Shown piece after piece: positions 12,701-25,943 of a stretch of 64,000 nucleotides of DNA; the first letter of the stretch is position 1, and each line of letters opens with the position of its first letter. A program made the position numbers and the translations under genes. The DNA is taken from the NCBI RefSeq assembly GCF_964194025.1, contig NC_134481.1, positions 11,656,001 through 11,720,000 of the forward strand. Direction: 5' to 3'. Under the pieces are notes generated by a model. That model ran no database searches, was not told the DNA's origin, and saw nothing but the letters and a program-made list of their open reading frames with translations. The DNA is from Convolutriloba macropyga (lineage: Eukaryota).

Positions 12701-15001
12701 CTAGATTTAGTTCAACCTCATTTCCTTGTAGACTTTAAGTTATCTTGACGTGTTATTGAATGTGTTGTGTCTGTCTCATAAAAAAACTTTTTTTTGCGAG
12801 CAACTCTCTATTAACAACAGTTGTCTTGGAGGAAGTGTTTAGTGTCAACAATTACGTTTAAAGATGAGGAAGTGATCCTTTTTATGAGGAAGTGATTTCA
12901 CAGAAAACTTCTTTGAATATTTTGTCAAAGATTTCCATTATCGAAAACAGTTCTTTTCACCGTTCTATAAATTATTATGACTCGTTTCAACGTTTAATGA
13001 ATAAAAACGTCTTGCCGTTCACTATAGTTTTAAGCTCTAACTTTTGTCTATTTATTCGAAGGAAGAAAATGTTTATTATTCATGTAAAAAAATAACAATG
13101 GTTAGGAGAAGTATTTAAAATAAATTGCTCTCGTATTCTGTGCAAAATATTTTAACAATACATTACAATGTGCAACAAAGAATTTGTTTTGAATCGACTT
13201 TTTTTGTTTCTTCTAACATTTTTGGTGACAAGGTGAAGAATTTTAGTCGCAGAGAAATAAACTACCACGTTGAATGGTCATCTCTTTCAATCATATAGAG
13301 GCTGTCCATTCTGTTGTTGTCTATTCAGTGTTAGAATTGGATTTGTTTTGCCAGAGTTAGGCCGCCACCACACACAAAAAAAAAACAAAATTCTTCAATT
13401 TATGGTCATATTTTTATGAGGAATTTTCCTACTAACCTGAAACATTAGCTAGTCATCGAATTTGAAAACCAGGGCAAAACAATAGTGAATATGACCAGCA
13501 CATCAGTTCATTGTTGAAACCATTAAAAGAATAAGAAAGAGCTTTTAATTTAAAATTATATATTCCTTAAATGTTATTTTTGAGTGTTCCTTCTTTTTTG
13601 CAATTCTTAATCGTTCTTTCTCAATTATTTTTTTGATGCTATCCCTGTTTGTTTTTTGGTATTTTCAAAGATACAAATTTTTGAAAATTAATTAATTTAA
13701 CAAATCTTCAAAATAAATTTAACGATGTTTTTAGTAAAATTTTTAGCATTTTTGTGCAGTATTTTTACTAATATTTTGAGGGAATATTATCCAATCAACA
13801 TATTGTAATCTTTATCAATCGAACGCCCGTGTTTTTTCAAAAGTGCTCTAAGAGCATAAAATGGGGCAATAATTTTTCTTGTGTTGTCATTTTCTGTTGC
13901 AAATCTTAAACAACAGCGTCGATTGTGTTTTTTTCGCAGAAAGGTTTTGTATAAACGATATGCAAATATCTAGACATTCAAACTTTAACTTTTGGTGAAA
14001 TTTTTGTTCAAATGATATTTAATCAAATTTGGTCATTTTCTAACAATTTTTGTCATTGGTTTTTTTTCGAAGTAGTTAATTAGATCTTCAAAATTATCTG
14101 AGGGTGGTTTCTTGTAAAGACCTTAGTTCTATAAAGATTGCATTTCATGTTTGAATCCTGGATCTGTTTTTCTTTGCTTAGAGTAGAAAAGCTTTGGAAC
14201 AGCATTTTCAATTTCATATCAGCGTTTCTTCTTGTCTCTTGCCAAGTCGAGAATCTTTCAAAAAGTTTTTATCCCAAAAATATTTTTTTGTTCTGCTATT
14301 ATTTTTCTTCGTTGCACAAAAGAGAAAATTCAATATTAAGATGTCTTTATTATGCGATCATTAAACACTTATTCATCAAGGACAAGGACTATAAGTGACA
14401 TAAAAACACTGGGGGGGGGGCATTGTCAGACTTTGCCCATTTATCGTTACTTTTACCAATTCGTTTTGAACTAAATTCTACAAAGTCTGACAAAATTAGT
14501 TCACTGCCTTTTCTGAAGGATAACTTGAGTTGACATTCACGGTGACTACATTCGTAAGTTTTTGGTACATTTAACAAATTAATATCGAACAAGTATTTTT
14601 TGCCCTCCAAAAACTCATTTTTACAATCATCTCCACAGCTCGTTCAGACTAGAAAGCGTCAAACTAGAGCGGAAATATTAGCCAATCGCCGGATGTAAAA
14701 TACGTAATCTACTACCAAGACACACAAGAAAACATGATGAATCAACCTTACGTAATATCGAATAAGATATGGAGTAATTAAGCCAGGAAACAAGAAGTTG
14801 AACATCTATCGATGTCACTAAGACGTAAGATAAAACGCAATACTAAGTCAGATAGTTTCAGAACTATATCGGAATGTTTCGCGTTGACAAATGCTATTTC
14901 CTTCTTCACTTCACCAACTTTATGATGTCACTATGTCACAAGGGAAAAAAGTTATTAATTTTAGTTCAGTTAAAAAATTGTTTCCGATGACAAATTAGAC
15001 A

Positions 15002-15378
15002 NNNNNNNNNNNNNNNNNNNNNNNNNNNNNNNNNNNNNNNNNNNNNNNNNNNNNNNNNNNNNNNNNNNNNNNNNNNNNNNNNNNNNNNNNNNNNNNNNNN
15101 NNNNNNNNNNNNNNNNNNNNNNNNNNNNNNNNNNNNNNNNNNNNNNNNNNNNNNNNNNNNNNNNNNNNNNNNNNNNNNNNNNNNACGCACGCACAACACA
15201 CAACACCAAANNNNNNNNNNNNNNNNNNNNNNNNNNNNNNNNNNNNNNNNNNNNNNNNNNNNNNNNNNNNNNNNNNNNNNNNNNNNNNNNNNNNNNNNNN
15301 NNNNNNNNNNNNNNNNNNNNNNNNNNNNNNNNNNNNNNNNNNNNNNNNNNNNNNNNNNNNNNNNNNNNNNNNNNNNNN
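15002..15378. other. Assembly gaps with a 26-bp low-complexity island (15185-15210)
   Basis: N runs at 15002-15184 and 15211-15378. Confidence 0.95.
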
Positions 15379-15609
15379 TTCATAGTACTTATCTATGCGA
15401 AAATATACATAGAAAAATTAGATTAGCTAAAAAAATTTTACTTGATTGACATGTGAATGGATCTTAGTTCCTAATCCCGGAGGTGACTTTCGGTTTTCCT
15501 CATTAAATCATGAGAATCATATAAGGCCTAGATAAAATCGAGTTCACTAGTTGGATGTCGGTGGATGTTAGAATCAGATTTTTGTTGGTGGGACAATTTA
15601 CTTCTGACA

Positions 15610-15778
15610 TATTAATGATAGGCCAATAAGATAATGATAGCACCAATAAGGAATTAAAATTGAGTTTAGTTTTGTTGCCATTACTTATTGAAAAAGTTCG
15701 TCAGGTGAGTTATTCTTTCGTTCATTGAAACTTTAATAAAACTTTTGAATTTCTTGATGTTGGTTTGAAACCATGGCA
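15610..15778 (-). repeat. LTR copy 1 (169 bp)
   Basis: On the minus strand starts with TG right after the polypurine tract AAAAAAAGAGGGAGGA and is followed by TGTCAGAAGT (15609-15600), which resembles a tRNA-Leu-type PBS. Confidence 0.75.
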
Positions 15779-17840
15779 TCCTCCCTCTTTTTTTAAGCAA
15801 GTTTGATGGTATATGTTTTCCAAATCTGTCGGTTTGTTTTCTGTTTCTTGTTGATATTCGTGAAAGCTCGGATGGTTCGGGTTGATGTTGCTCTGCAAAT
15901 GATGTGGCTGCAGAAGCTTCATCTTGATGTGAGGGCCCCACATCTGTTTTCTGAAGTTGTCGTTGTGTTTGAGATATGGTCTCCTCCACTGGTGTTTTCA
16001 CATTGTCCTTGTCTAGTCTCGCAATTTGGTTGTCGCTCACTAGATTAGTCCGTGATGAGTTTCGGGCTGTATGAAAGATGTGTTCATACCAAAATTGATA
16101 CTAAAATTTTTGGTATTCCAAATCTTGCAAAGATTTGATTAAGATATATTTTAACTCTTTCTTGTGTTCTATTTCCCGCGGGGAAAGCTTCTATCCAGTC
16201 AAAATCCGCGTCAATAACTAATAAGATATTGCCTTGGTGCTTAACATAACACCAGTCCTTTTGAAACCGTTCCCAAACGTCTGATTCTGGTCACGTAGAG
16301 GTTGTTTTTCCCAGGCCAGGCTTGTTTATTGCACAATTTTTACAGTTACTAACAAAATGTTGACGTCTTGAGTAATGCCAGGCCACCATGCTATTATTCT
16401 GACTGATGCTTTAGTTGCATTCTTCCCAGAATAGATGTGTCTTATGCGCTTTTGCCAAAACCAAGTGTCGTAGTCTGGATGGAAAGAAAGGAACAACACC
16501 TTTGAAGATAATTCCATTGTGTATTGTCAGTGCATCGTTGTGTTGTTGGAATGTTTTTTCCGCTTCTGAACATTGTGTCCAATTGCCGCTTTTGATTCGT
16601 TTCATTATGTCCTGGAAGTGTCTGATTGTTCCAAGTTCAGTTTTGATTTCTGCTTGGGTCACCAGTAATTATTAGCGAAGTAGATGTTTTTGATTGCTAT
16701 GCACACTTGATCGTTGTCGGATTCGTCTTCGTCAAACTCAATTTGATAGTGGGCATCTGAGAGATAATTTTTCTCAAAGTATGATGCACCATGTAGTTTA
16801 TAGAAGACCGTTTTCATATCTGGTATCGGCTAGTCCTCATCCACTACGTTGCCATTGATATGCACTTTGAAGTCCACAAAAAGTCTTGTTTCCCCGTTGG
16901 TTTTTGAAAGTTTTTTTTTTGAAATTGTACCCAATTCTTTTTCACAGTAAAAGGCTTATTACCTGCTGACTTCCATTGCTTGACTTCTGAACTGTAAGCT
17001 CTCGGTCATTTCAAAAACCGACATTGCTGGTTTTGCTTTATTACCGTCTAGTCGTCTAAGTTTTGCTTCATGGTCCCTAAAACCTGAGATAAATTTATTT
17101 TTAACAACTTTTTATCGGGGTTAGCCGCTGATTTGAATTTTTCGATATCAAAATAGCGTGTTACTTCTCTAGGACGTGCTAGGAAATGCTCGTCTGACTC
17201 CCCTACACCTTGTTTTACGAACAGAAATTCGGCCGTTTCTGGCGTTACTACACTATCTTTAGGAGAAATATAATTTTGAATAGCCAATCTGATGTCTGGT
17301 GACTATCAAATTTCTAGAACTAAATAGGCTGCTGAGTTCAATGATTGCATCTTGCCCGCACATACTGGGAAAAAAATTGGTTACCTGTAGGTCTAGTACA
17401 GTTCTATCGGCGTTGATTTTGTCCTCTTTCTTCTCCCCGCGACAATTTGCCACAAAAGACATAAACCACGCAGTAGCTGATCCTGCATTCTGAAGACCCA
17501 AGTTTTTCCTGTCTCTAGGTGGTCTGGGCACCATTGTCGTGGTCGTTCAATCAATAGGTTGAAATTTCAATTAAGATGGGATTTAAAAATATACAAATTT
17601 TGGCTCGTATTTATAGTACTTATCTATGCAAAAATATGCAGAGAAAAATTAGGTTAGCGGGAAAAAAATTACTTGATTGACATGTGAATGGATCTTAGTT
17701 CCTAATCCCGGAGGTGGTTTTCGATTTTTATCATTAATTCATGGGAATCATATATGGCCTAGATATAATCGAGTTCACTAGTCGGATGTCGGTGGATGTT
17801 AGAATCAGATTTCTGTTGGTGGGAAAATTTACATCTGACA

Positions 17841-18009
17841 TATTTTTGATAGGCCAATAAGATAATGATAGCACCAAGGCTGAATTAAAATTGAGTTTAA
17901 TTTTGTTGCCTTTACTTATTGGCAAAGTTTGCCAGGTAAGTTCTTCTTTCGTTCATTGAAACTTTAATAAATCTTTTAAGTGTCTTGATGTTTGTTTGAA
18001 ACAATCACA
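17841..18009 (-). repeat. LTR copy 2 (169 bp)
   Basis: Same architecture: PPT AAAAAAGGGAGGA, TG start, followed by TGTCAGATGT. Confidence 0.75.
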
Positions 18010-19810
18010 TCCTCCCTTTTTTATGCAAGTTTGATGGTATATGTTTTCCAAATCTGTCGGTTTGTTTTCTGTTTCTTGTTGAAATCCGTGAAGGCTCGGA
18101 TGGTTCGGGTTGATGTTGCTCTGCAAATTATGTGGCTACAGAGGCTTCATCTTGATGTGAGGGCCCCTACATCTGTTTTCTGATGTTGTGGTTCTGTTTG
18201 AGATATGGTCTCCTCCACTGGTGGTTTCACATTGTCCTTGTCTAGTTTCGCAATTTGGTTGTCGCTCACTAGATTAGTCTTTGATGAGTTTCGGGCTGTA
18301 TGAAAGATTTGTTCATACCAAAGTTGATACTAAAACTTTTGGTATTCCAAATCTTGCAAAGATTTGATTAAGATATATTTTAACTCTTTCTTGTGTTCTA
18401 TTTCCCGCGGGGAAAGCTTCTATCCAGTCAAAATCCGCGTCAATAAATAATAAGATATTGCCTTGGTGCTTAACATAACACCAGTCCTTTTGAAACCGTT
18501 CCCAAACGTCTGATTCTGGTCACGTAGAGGTTGTTTTTCCCAGGCTAGGTTTGTTCATTGCACAATTCTTACAGTTCCAAACAAAATGTTGGACGTCTTG
18601 TGTAATGCCAGGCCACCATGATATTATTCTGACTGATGCTTTAATTGCATTCTTCCCAGGATAGATGTGTCTTATGCGGTTTTGCCAAAACCAAGTGTCG
18701 TAGTTTGGATGGAATGAAAGAAACAACACCCTTGAAGATGATTCCATTTTGTATTGTCAGTGCATCGTTGTGTTGTTCAAATCTTTTTTCCGCTTCTGAA
18801 CATTATTTCCAACTGCCGCTTTCGATTCTTTTCATTATGTCCTGGAAGTGTCTGTTTGTTCCAAGTTCAATTTTGATTTCTGCTTGGGTCACCAGTAATT
18901 ATTAGCGAAGTAGATGTTTTTGATTGCTATGCACACTCGATTGTTGTCGGATTCCTCTTCGTCAAACTCAATTTGATAGTGGGCATCTGAGAGATAATTT
19001 TTCCCAAAGTATGATGCACCATGTAGTTTAGAGAAGACCGTTTCCATGTCTGGTACCGGCTAGTCCTCATCCACTACGTTGCCATTGATATGCACTTTGA
19101 AGTCCACAAAAAGTCTCATTTCCCCGTTGGTTTTTGAAAGTTTTTTTGAAATTGTAACCAATTTCTTTTTTCACAGTAAAAGGCTTATTACCTGATGAAG
19201 AAATTGCAAAAACCATTGCTTGACTTCTGAACTGTAAGCTCTCGGTCGTTTCAAAAGCCGACATTGCTGGTTTTGCTTTATTAGGCTGCTGAGTTCAATG
19301 ATGGCATCTCGCCCGCACATACTGAGAAAAAAGTTGGTTACCTGTAGGTCTAGTACAGTTCTATCCGTGTTGATTTTGTCCTCTTTCATCTCTGCGCGAC
19401 ATTTTGCCACAAAAATTATTAACCACGCAGTAGCTGATTCTGCATTCTGAAGACCCAAGTTTTGCCTGTCTCTAGGTGGTCTGGGCACCATTGTCGTGGT
19501 CGATAGCATGGGTCAAACAGATCAATAGGTTGAATTTTAAATCAAAATGGGATTTGAAAATATACAAATTTTGGCTCGTATTTATAGTATTTATCTATGC
19601 AAAAATATACATAGAAAAATTAGGTTTGCGAAAAAAAATTACTTGATTGACATGTGAAAGGATCTTAGTTCCCAATCGCGGAGGTTGTTTTCGATTTTTG
19701 TCAATAATTCATGAGAATCATATATGGCCTAGATAAAATCGAGTTCACTAGCTGGATCTCGGTGGATGTTAGAATCAGGTTTCTGTTGGTGGGAAAATTT
19801 ACCTCTGACA

Positions 19811-19979
19811 TTTTTTTGATAGACCAATAAGATACTGATAGCACCAAGGCTGAATTAAAATTGAGTTTAGTTTTGTTGCCTTTACTTATTGGCAAAGTTT
19901 GCCAGGTAAGTTCTTCTTTCGTTCATTGAGACTTTAATAAAACTTTTAAGTGTCGTGATGTTTGTTTGAAACAATCACA
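19811..19979 (-). repeat. LTR copy 3 (169 bp)
   Basis: PPT AAAGCGGGAGGA, TG start, followed by TGTCAGAGGT. Confidence 0.75.
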
Positions 19980-20587
19980 TCCTCCCGCTTTATTAAGCAA
20001 GTCGAGGGTAAAATTGTTCCAAATCTGCCGATTTGTTTTCTGTTTCTTGTTGGTATTCATGAAGGCTCCGATGGTTTGGTTTGATGCTGCTCTAGAGTTG
20101 ATGTAGATGCAGAAGCTTCATCTTGATGTGAAGGTCCCACATCTGTGTTCTGAAGTTGTGGTTCTGATTGAGATATGGTCTCGTCCACTGGTATTTCAAA
20201 TTTCACATTGTCCTCGTCTAGTCTCGCAGTTTGGTTGTCGTTCACTAGAATAGTCCGTGATGATTTTCTGGGCTGTGTGAAAGACGTGTTTAAGACTTTC
20301 CACATGATGAAGGTAGCAGGAACTGTCTTCGTCTTTTCATTGACCTTGAATGGAATGTGTTCACACAAGTCGAAATCTGCTATTGCTGTTATTCCACCTC
20401 TGCGTCCCAATAGAAGCTCAACTGGAGTTTTCTCCACGTCTTTGAAGTGCTACATTTTGTCATCAGTGCCATCTGCAGGAATGCTTAAGTGACACATTAA
20501 GATGGGACTACAAGCTTGAAGTGCCCGCTCCACTGTCTGAACTGTCTGAACCAAAACTTCTAAGTTTCTGGATAATTGTTTGAAAAC

Positions 20588-20727
20588 NNNNNNNNNNNNN
20601 NNNNNNNNNNNNNNNNNNNNNNNNNNNNNNNNNNNNNNNNNNNNNNNNNNNNNNNNNNNNNNNNNNNNNNNNNNNNNNNNNNNNNNNNNNNNNNNNNNNN
20701 NNNNNNNNNNNNNNNNNNNNNNNNNNN
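20588..20727. other. Assembly gap
   Basis: N run. Confidence 0.95.
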
Positions 20728-21354
20728 GTGCCATTAAAGGACTTGCAACTTTTTAGTTTTCTTATCTTTTAAGATCTTACACAGTGATCGGTTATATAGC
20801 AAAAAATCAAGTTTCTGCAAGACGAAAATATATCTCAAACAGCTAAATTTTTAAAAAACAAACCCGTTTTCCTAGCAAGAACTCGATACCAAGAACATTA
20901 ATTTAAAGGATGAAGGCCCTTAGTCTCAATTTGTTTTTGCATATCGTTTTTTTAGCAATACATCATTGTTTGATTTTTTCCAAGAATTGTTTTTTTATCC
21001 CGTACTTTAACGGAGCATGTAATAGAGATCTTTATTAACGAATAAATCTTTTGAGTAAGAAAAGAAATCAAAATTATTGGCTACCAAAGTACCTTAATTG
21101 AATTTCTAAAACACTACTTCTCGAGTAATAGACGTTTAAATTTCATGGAGCAATTTAAAACAAATGATTTTTCTCAGAGATTTGGGGTTTCTTTTTCGAA
21201 CGTGAAAAATTTAATCAAACCAAAATTCTATTCAAATGTGTTTCTCATTGGTATTTAACATAGCTATCCGGAAAGTTATTGATTTTCTAATTCTCAAAGT
21301 TGTAAATTAGATAATTGTAAGTTCCTACGTTGAAATACACGCCTTGAATTGACA

Positions 21355-22057
21355 AATCAGTATTGACCACGTCTTATCTCAAGTCACAAGATTTGTGAAG
21401 ACCTGTCAAGACTTGTCATGTCTGAGTCACGTTTTGGCCGAAATTTGGTAAGTTTTGAGGCAAGTCTTGACGAAGAGTTGAAAAATTTTGGTTATTGCGC
21501 AGTTAGGCCAAATAGAGTTTTGAGAACAAATTTATAATAACAAACAATCAATGCCTTCCAAAACGAGCAAAAATTGGTAAAAATTTTATTACGAGGTATT
21601 TGATATTCTGGCAAAGCTAGTTCTGAGGTGAGCATATACTAACTTCAAATGTTCCACATATTCACCCAAAAACCCAATTGTGTTTCAATGGGCGGGAGAA
21701 AAATGACCCTGACTGGTATCTTTGGACTGCTATCAGATTTTTTCTCATTCTCTATCAATTGATCTTTGGGGAAGCGCAGGTGTTGTCTTTTGTTTCTCTT
21801 TTTACTTTGTGAAGTTTTTTCACCCTTTTCACTTTTTGGCCACGAATTGTGCAAGAGTTGTCAGGTCTTTGCCACGGCCTGCCCCAGTCTGACCAGGTCT
21901 TGGCCAGGCCTTGCGCACAACTTGTCAAGACTTAAGACCTAATTTAAGACGTGCTAAGTCCTAGAAAGTGACATGATCAGAGCTCTGATGCAGTATTGAT
22001 CCAAATCTTGCAAGTTCAGTGAATCAGCACTGATTTTGACTTGATGTTCAGTCCGGG
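21355..22057. mobile_element. Old copy of a dispersed non-autonomous DNA transposon family (CAAGAC/GTCTTG subrepeats, GGG end)
   Basis: 3' part atgatcagagctctga..cagtattgat...cagcactgattttgacttgatgttcagtccggg matches 55380-55466 and 3425-3510. Left boundary is approximate. Confidence 0.55.
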
Positions 22058-23035
22058 AATTTGGAAGCAGCAGCAATATTCATCTGAAGTCTTTTTGTAC
22101 GTAAGATCTTTTTTTATAAAATTAAACAAATTCGAGTCTCTTTAATACAACGTTTTAATCTTCTTTTGAGTTTAATCAAAATTTTAAGTTTAAAGACCTG
22201 ATCTTACTAAAAAAAATCCTTTTCTTCTTTTTTGAAACATGATGACTGGATCGCGAAAATCCTTTTCCCGCTTTTGTGTTTGAATTTTTTTGCATGCATT
22301 TTTTTGAACGAACAAACATATTCATCTAAATTTTGAACAAACTAAGCTTTCGATCATGGATTAATCACATCTGACAGAGTTTTTTTCATAAGTAAAAGTG
22401 GTCTGAATGGGTATTTTCTTACAACGTTTTGAACGAAGACCTAAACCATTATAGACCGATACAAGGTATGAATTGTCATAATTAAGAAATGAGTAAACTA
22501 CTGTAGATTAGAGAGCAAAGTCCATTTTACAATCTAAAACATGGCAAACAGTGTTTCAAAACGCATTTCTATTACGCTTTTGTTTTTTTCTGTCTTTGAG
22601 CAATTTTGATCACGGAAAGGAACTGAGAATATTCGTCTCATGTAATGTGAAGTATGGAAGTTCAGGCGAAACACGGGGTGGGGTGATCAAAATGTAGTTC
22701 GACGACTATTGTCTGGAAGAGGTACCCCCTAGACTTTAAATAAACGGTCTGGCCCATACATTTGTCGCAAAATTTCAATTCACAATTGTTCAAATTGAAC
22801 TTGGATATACTTAAAATATCAATTCAATCCTAGTTAGGACTGAATCCAGTCCATTTTGGCATTGAAAGAATTGGTCTCGACTTTAGTAATGTCCTCGACG
22901 ATGTATTGAAATTCAATTCCATTCCTCAACCTTTTTAAGTCTTTTCATAGGTTCTGATGTCGATTAGGGGATATAAGCTATGATTAACAATGGTAACATG
23001 TATTTGTTGGTTTGTTTATTCTTTTGTTTGTTTAG

Positions 23036-23145
23036 ACATGATGGAGTTGATGATGATGCAAAGTGCACAGATGAATCAGGCTATAATGCAGAACATGCTC
23101 ATGGAGAGGCTTGCACCACCACCACCACAAACCCCCAAAGAAGAA
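23036..23145 (+). CDS. Exon encoding a DUF4587 (PRR29/C21orf58-like) core: (D)MMELMMMQSAQMNQAIMQNMLMERLAPPPPQTPKEE
   Basis: Long pyrimidine tract plus tttag acceptor; GTAAGT donor at 23146. Translation matches the family motif EDMxELMxxQNAQMHQxxMxNxML, recalled from PRR29/C21orf58. The ORF track shows a different frame. Confidence 0.8.
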
Positions 23146-23584
23146 GTAAGTTACAATTAATTAAGCACTTTGTAATAGATATTTTCATTAATTATAACTT
23201 ACAACTTAAATATAACTTACAACGTCCAGGTCTGAGTATCCTAACATACTGATGCCGGTCGAGGTGTTCCGGTGATAATTTAGCGTTTTTTTGCAGTAAG
23301 AGCGATGGAAAGAGCCTAATCATTTTTGTAAATGAAACAAACCATTATGGGGAAAATTGATGGAAATAAAATGAAAAATGAAAAAAATACTGTAGTGGAT
23401 TAAAAAACAATATCGGATTAAAGGTTTCAAAAATCATTTTTGGAGACGAACCACTTTTTGTATAAAATTTTTGTTCACACAGAATTTTATCACTTCAGCA
23501 GCGCTCATAAGCTTTCAGTTAACTTTACATCGGCAATTGGTTTTTGTATTTCAGAACAATAAATGTGATTAAATTTGGTTTTAG

Positions 23585-23643
23585 CCCAAACCTGTTGTCT
23601 ACTATGTGCAGCAACCACCTGTTCGCATGCCTCCAAGACCACA
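23585..23643 (+). CDS. DUF4587 gene exon (PKPVVYYVQQPPVRMPPRP)
   Basis: ttttag acceptor, GTAAGT donor at 23644; phase 0 in, phase 2 out. Confidence 0.75.
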
Positions 23644-25077
23644 GTAAGTTATTATCACTAATAACAATAGAGACAAAAGAGAATTTGACAAGGATAGTTA
23701 AGGCCGTCTAAGCAACCCCATCTATTGATTTGATCATTGAATTAATAATGGAGTACAATGGTTTATTATAAATTAATCAGTTTCGAGTTTTCAGTTTTAC
23801 TGAGATTGGCAGTTCTTGATGATTTATGATGTTGCAGTTTTCCTGAATACTTGCTTAACTTTTTCTTAACCATGTCCAATCAACATAGATCAAAGATACA
23901 AATTAGTGCACATATGGCAGATAATCAACTGAGCATCAACGTTGATGACAGGTGATACAACAGAGAATTATTATAAAAAGGTTTTTCAAGATGGAAGTTT
24001 TCATCTCGTTTAATCACATTAGTTTCAAATTGGGAAGGAAGAAATTGGAAACTCAATATAGTGCAGATTCTCGAGTCTTTGTCGCAATCCAAAAAACATG
24101 AAATTGAAAAAAATCCCTGTGGGGGCTTAAAATTTTTGCGCCGCCAGGAGCACGTACAATAGTTTGTTTTCGTTAGACGCGACAAATAATTAATACCGGT
24201 TTGATATGGGAGTGAAAGAGTGAAAGAGAAAAGATTCTCGGACATTAAAAAAATTGGCTATTTTCAAGAATTTTTTGCCACTGTTTACGCTATCATATCC
24301 GTTATAACAAACGATAAAAAATCATAGAAAAATATTATTTTTCTGTTCAGATTTTTTTTGGGAAATAAAATGGTTACTGGGAAGAAGATTTCCTTTCTAT
24401 TGATTGTTTGGGAGATCGGCAACTCTTTTTACGCTTAAAAATGATTTTATCATTTTTATCAAGAGCGTGCTTCTGCTTTCTGCACGACCAAGGGATCTTG
24501 TGAAACTCCATTGAACACAATTGAGGACTCTTTTGTCATCACATTGATGAAAATCAGGAAATGCTACGGTTACAATCTGAAGAAAAAAGTTTTTGTCTAA
24601 TGCAATCATATAAATTGAGTCCAATACATCTTGCTAAGCCTTACAAATCAGGATTTTGTTTCGCAAAAACATCATTTTTTATCAAGATCAATGTAATTTT
24701 CTGATAAAGGATCAATTATTTTTGGTAAAATTCGGCTTGAATTATGGAAATTATGGAAATTAATGGACTTAATATGGAAATTACTGCACTAAGTTTACAC
24801 GTTTCGACTTTTTCTCTTTTCTAACATTTTGTTTTTTTTTCAAAATTTTAACAAAGAATTTTATTGCTTAGCTTTATGTACGCCTGGTTTCGGATCGTGA
24901 TTTCTTCCTTTTGAAAACAAAGAATCTTTTGAAAAAATTAAATGATAGCCTCGAAGCGTTTGACAAGATTTGGGAACAGCATTGTGCAATTTTTTCCAGC
25001 ACGCATTCTAAACGATTTTGGAAACACCTGTTCTTTGCATTCCCTCAAACAATTAAAATTTGAGGAACGAAATGCTT

Positions 25078-25943
25078 CCCAAGCCGGATCCGAATGGTTA
25101 TCTTGCAAGATTTTGCCAGAATCTGGCAGAATCTTGCAAGACGATACGTCGTCTTGCAAGAATTTCTGCCAGAATCTTGCAAGATCTTGCAAGATAACCA
25201 TTTTTTGCAAGAATCTTGCAAGATAGCCATTCGTTCTGTCAGAATCTTACAAGATAACCGTTCGTTTTGAAAGAATCTTGCAAGATAGCCGTTTGCAAAA
25301 AAAAAATTCTTACACTTGAAAAGAAAACGCTAAAACGGTTGCAGTATTCGAATGGCACATATTGCACATATTTTGCGCATCGACAAAAAAGCGAAAGACA
25401 ATTATTAAAAAAACATCAGAAAAGTATTAATCTAAGCATCAAATTTTTTGGGCATTGGCAAGCCTAAGGAGCTAAATTAAACGAAATAAAGCTGTTTAAG
25501 ATGCAAAGAATAATAACACATAATTTTTTCATCAGAAAAGGTAATATAGACGTGAAGTTTTGTAAATCTTAATAAAGTTGAAGGAAAATAATTTTTGATA
25601 GTAATTTATTTTGTGTTAACAGTTCTCAAGGGCAGATTTTAATTTGTTTTCTTCAGATAATTCATATTTCCAGATTTAAAATCTATTCAAATTTATTTTT
25701 TTTTCTTAAAAAACACGCAACTGATTCTTAAGTAAGTTTCTGGTCGAAATGAAATGTGTTGCCTGAATGAGAGCCAATAAGAGGACAGCTCGACCGGAAC
25801 GAACTTGCAAGAATCTTGCAAGATAACCATTTTTCTGCCAGATCTTGCAAGATAACCATTTTTCTGTCAGATCTTGCAAGATAGGCAGTTTTTGCAAGAT
25901 TCTGGCAGAATCTTGCAAGATAACCATCTGGTCTCGACTGGGG
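25078..25943. mobile_element. Non-autonomous EnSpm/CACTA-like element with TCTTGCAAGA subterminal arrays and a TT target duplication
   Basis: Left CCCAAGCCGGATCCGAATGGTTATCTTGCAAGA aligns without gaps to the reverse complement of the right end (CCCCAGTCGAGACCAGATGGTTATCTTGCAAGA); TT on both flanks. Confidence 0.7.

Larger units (their letters stand above)
15379..20587 (-). mobile_element. Tandem array of degenerate, internally deleted Ty3/Gypsy LTR retrotransposons (Mag/K02A2.6-like) with shared LTRs
   Basis: Repeated ~2.0-2.2 kb units with gag N-terminus (MVPRPPRDR..., 17534 and ~19491), integrase H2C2 region (AH..HPGKNA.KASVRII.WWPGITQDVQHFV.NCKNC) and core start (WIEAFP...IFARFGIPK); many stops and frameshifts; gaps on both sides. 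Confidence 0.9.

Noticed and set aside
14966-15383. X-filled ORFs and the 26-bp island between N runs
   Set aside because: Gap artefacts; the island is low complexity and uninformative.
22980-23252. 90-aa ORF (RHDGVDDDAKC...) as the product
   Set aside because: Wrong frame; the splice-compatible frame gives the DUF4587 motif.
24938-25927. ORFs with LARSCK/LQDSC repeats (similar ones at 55132-55387)
   Set aside because: Translations of palindromic subterminal repeats.
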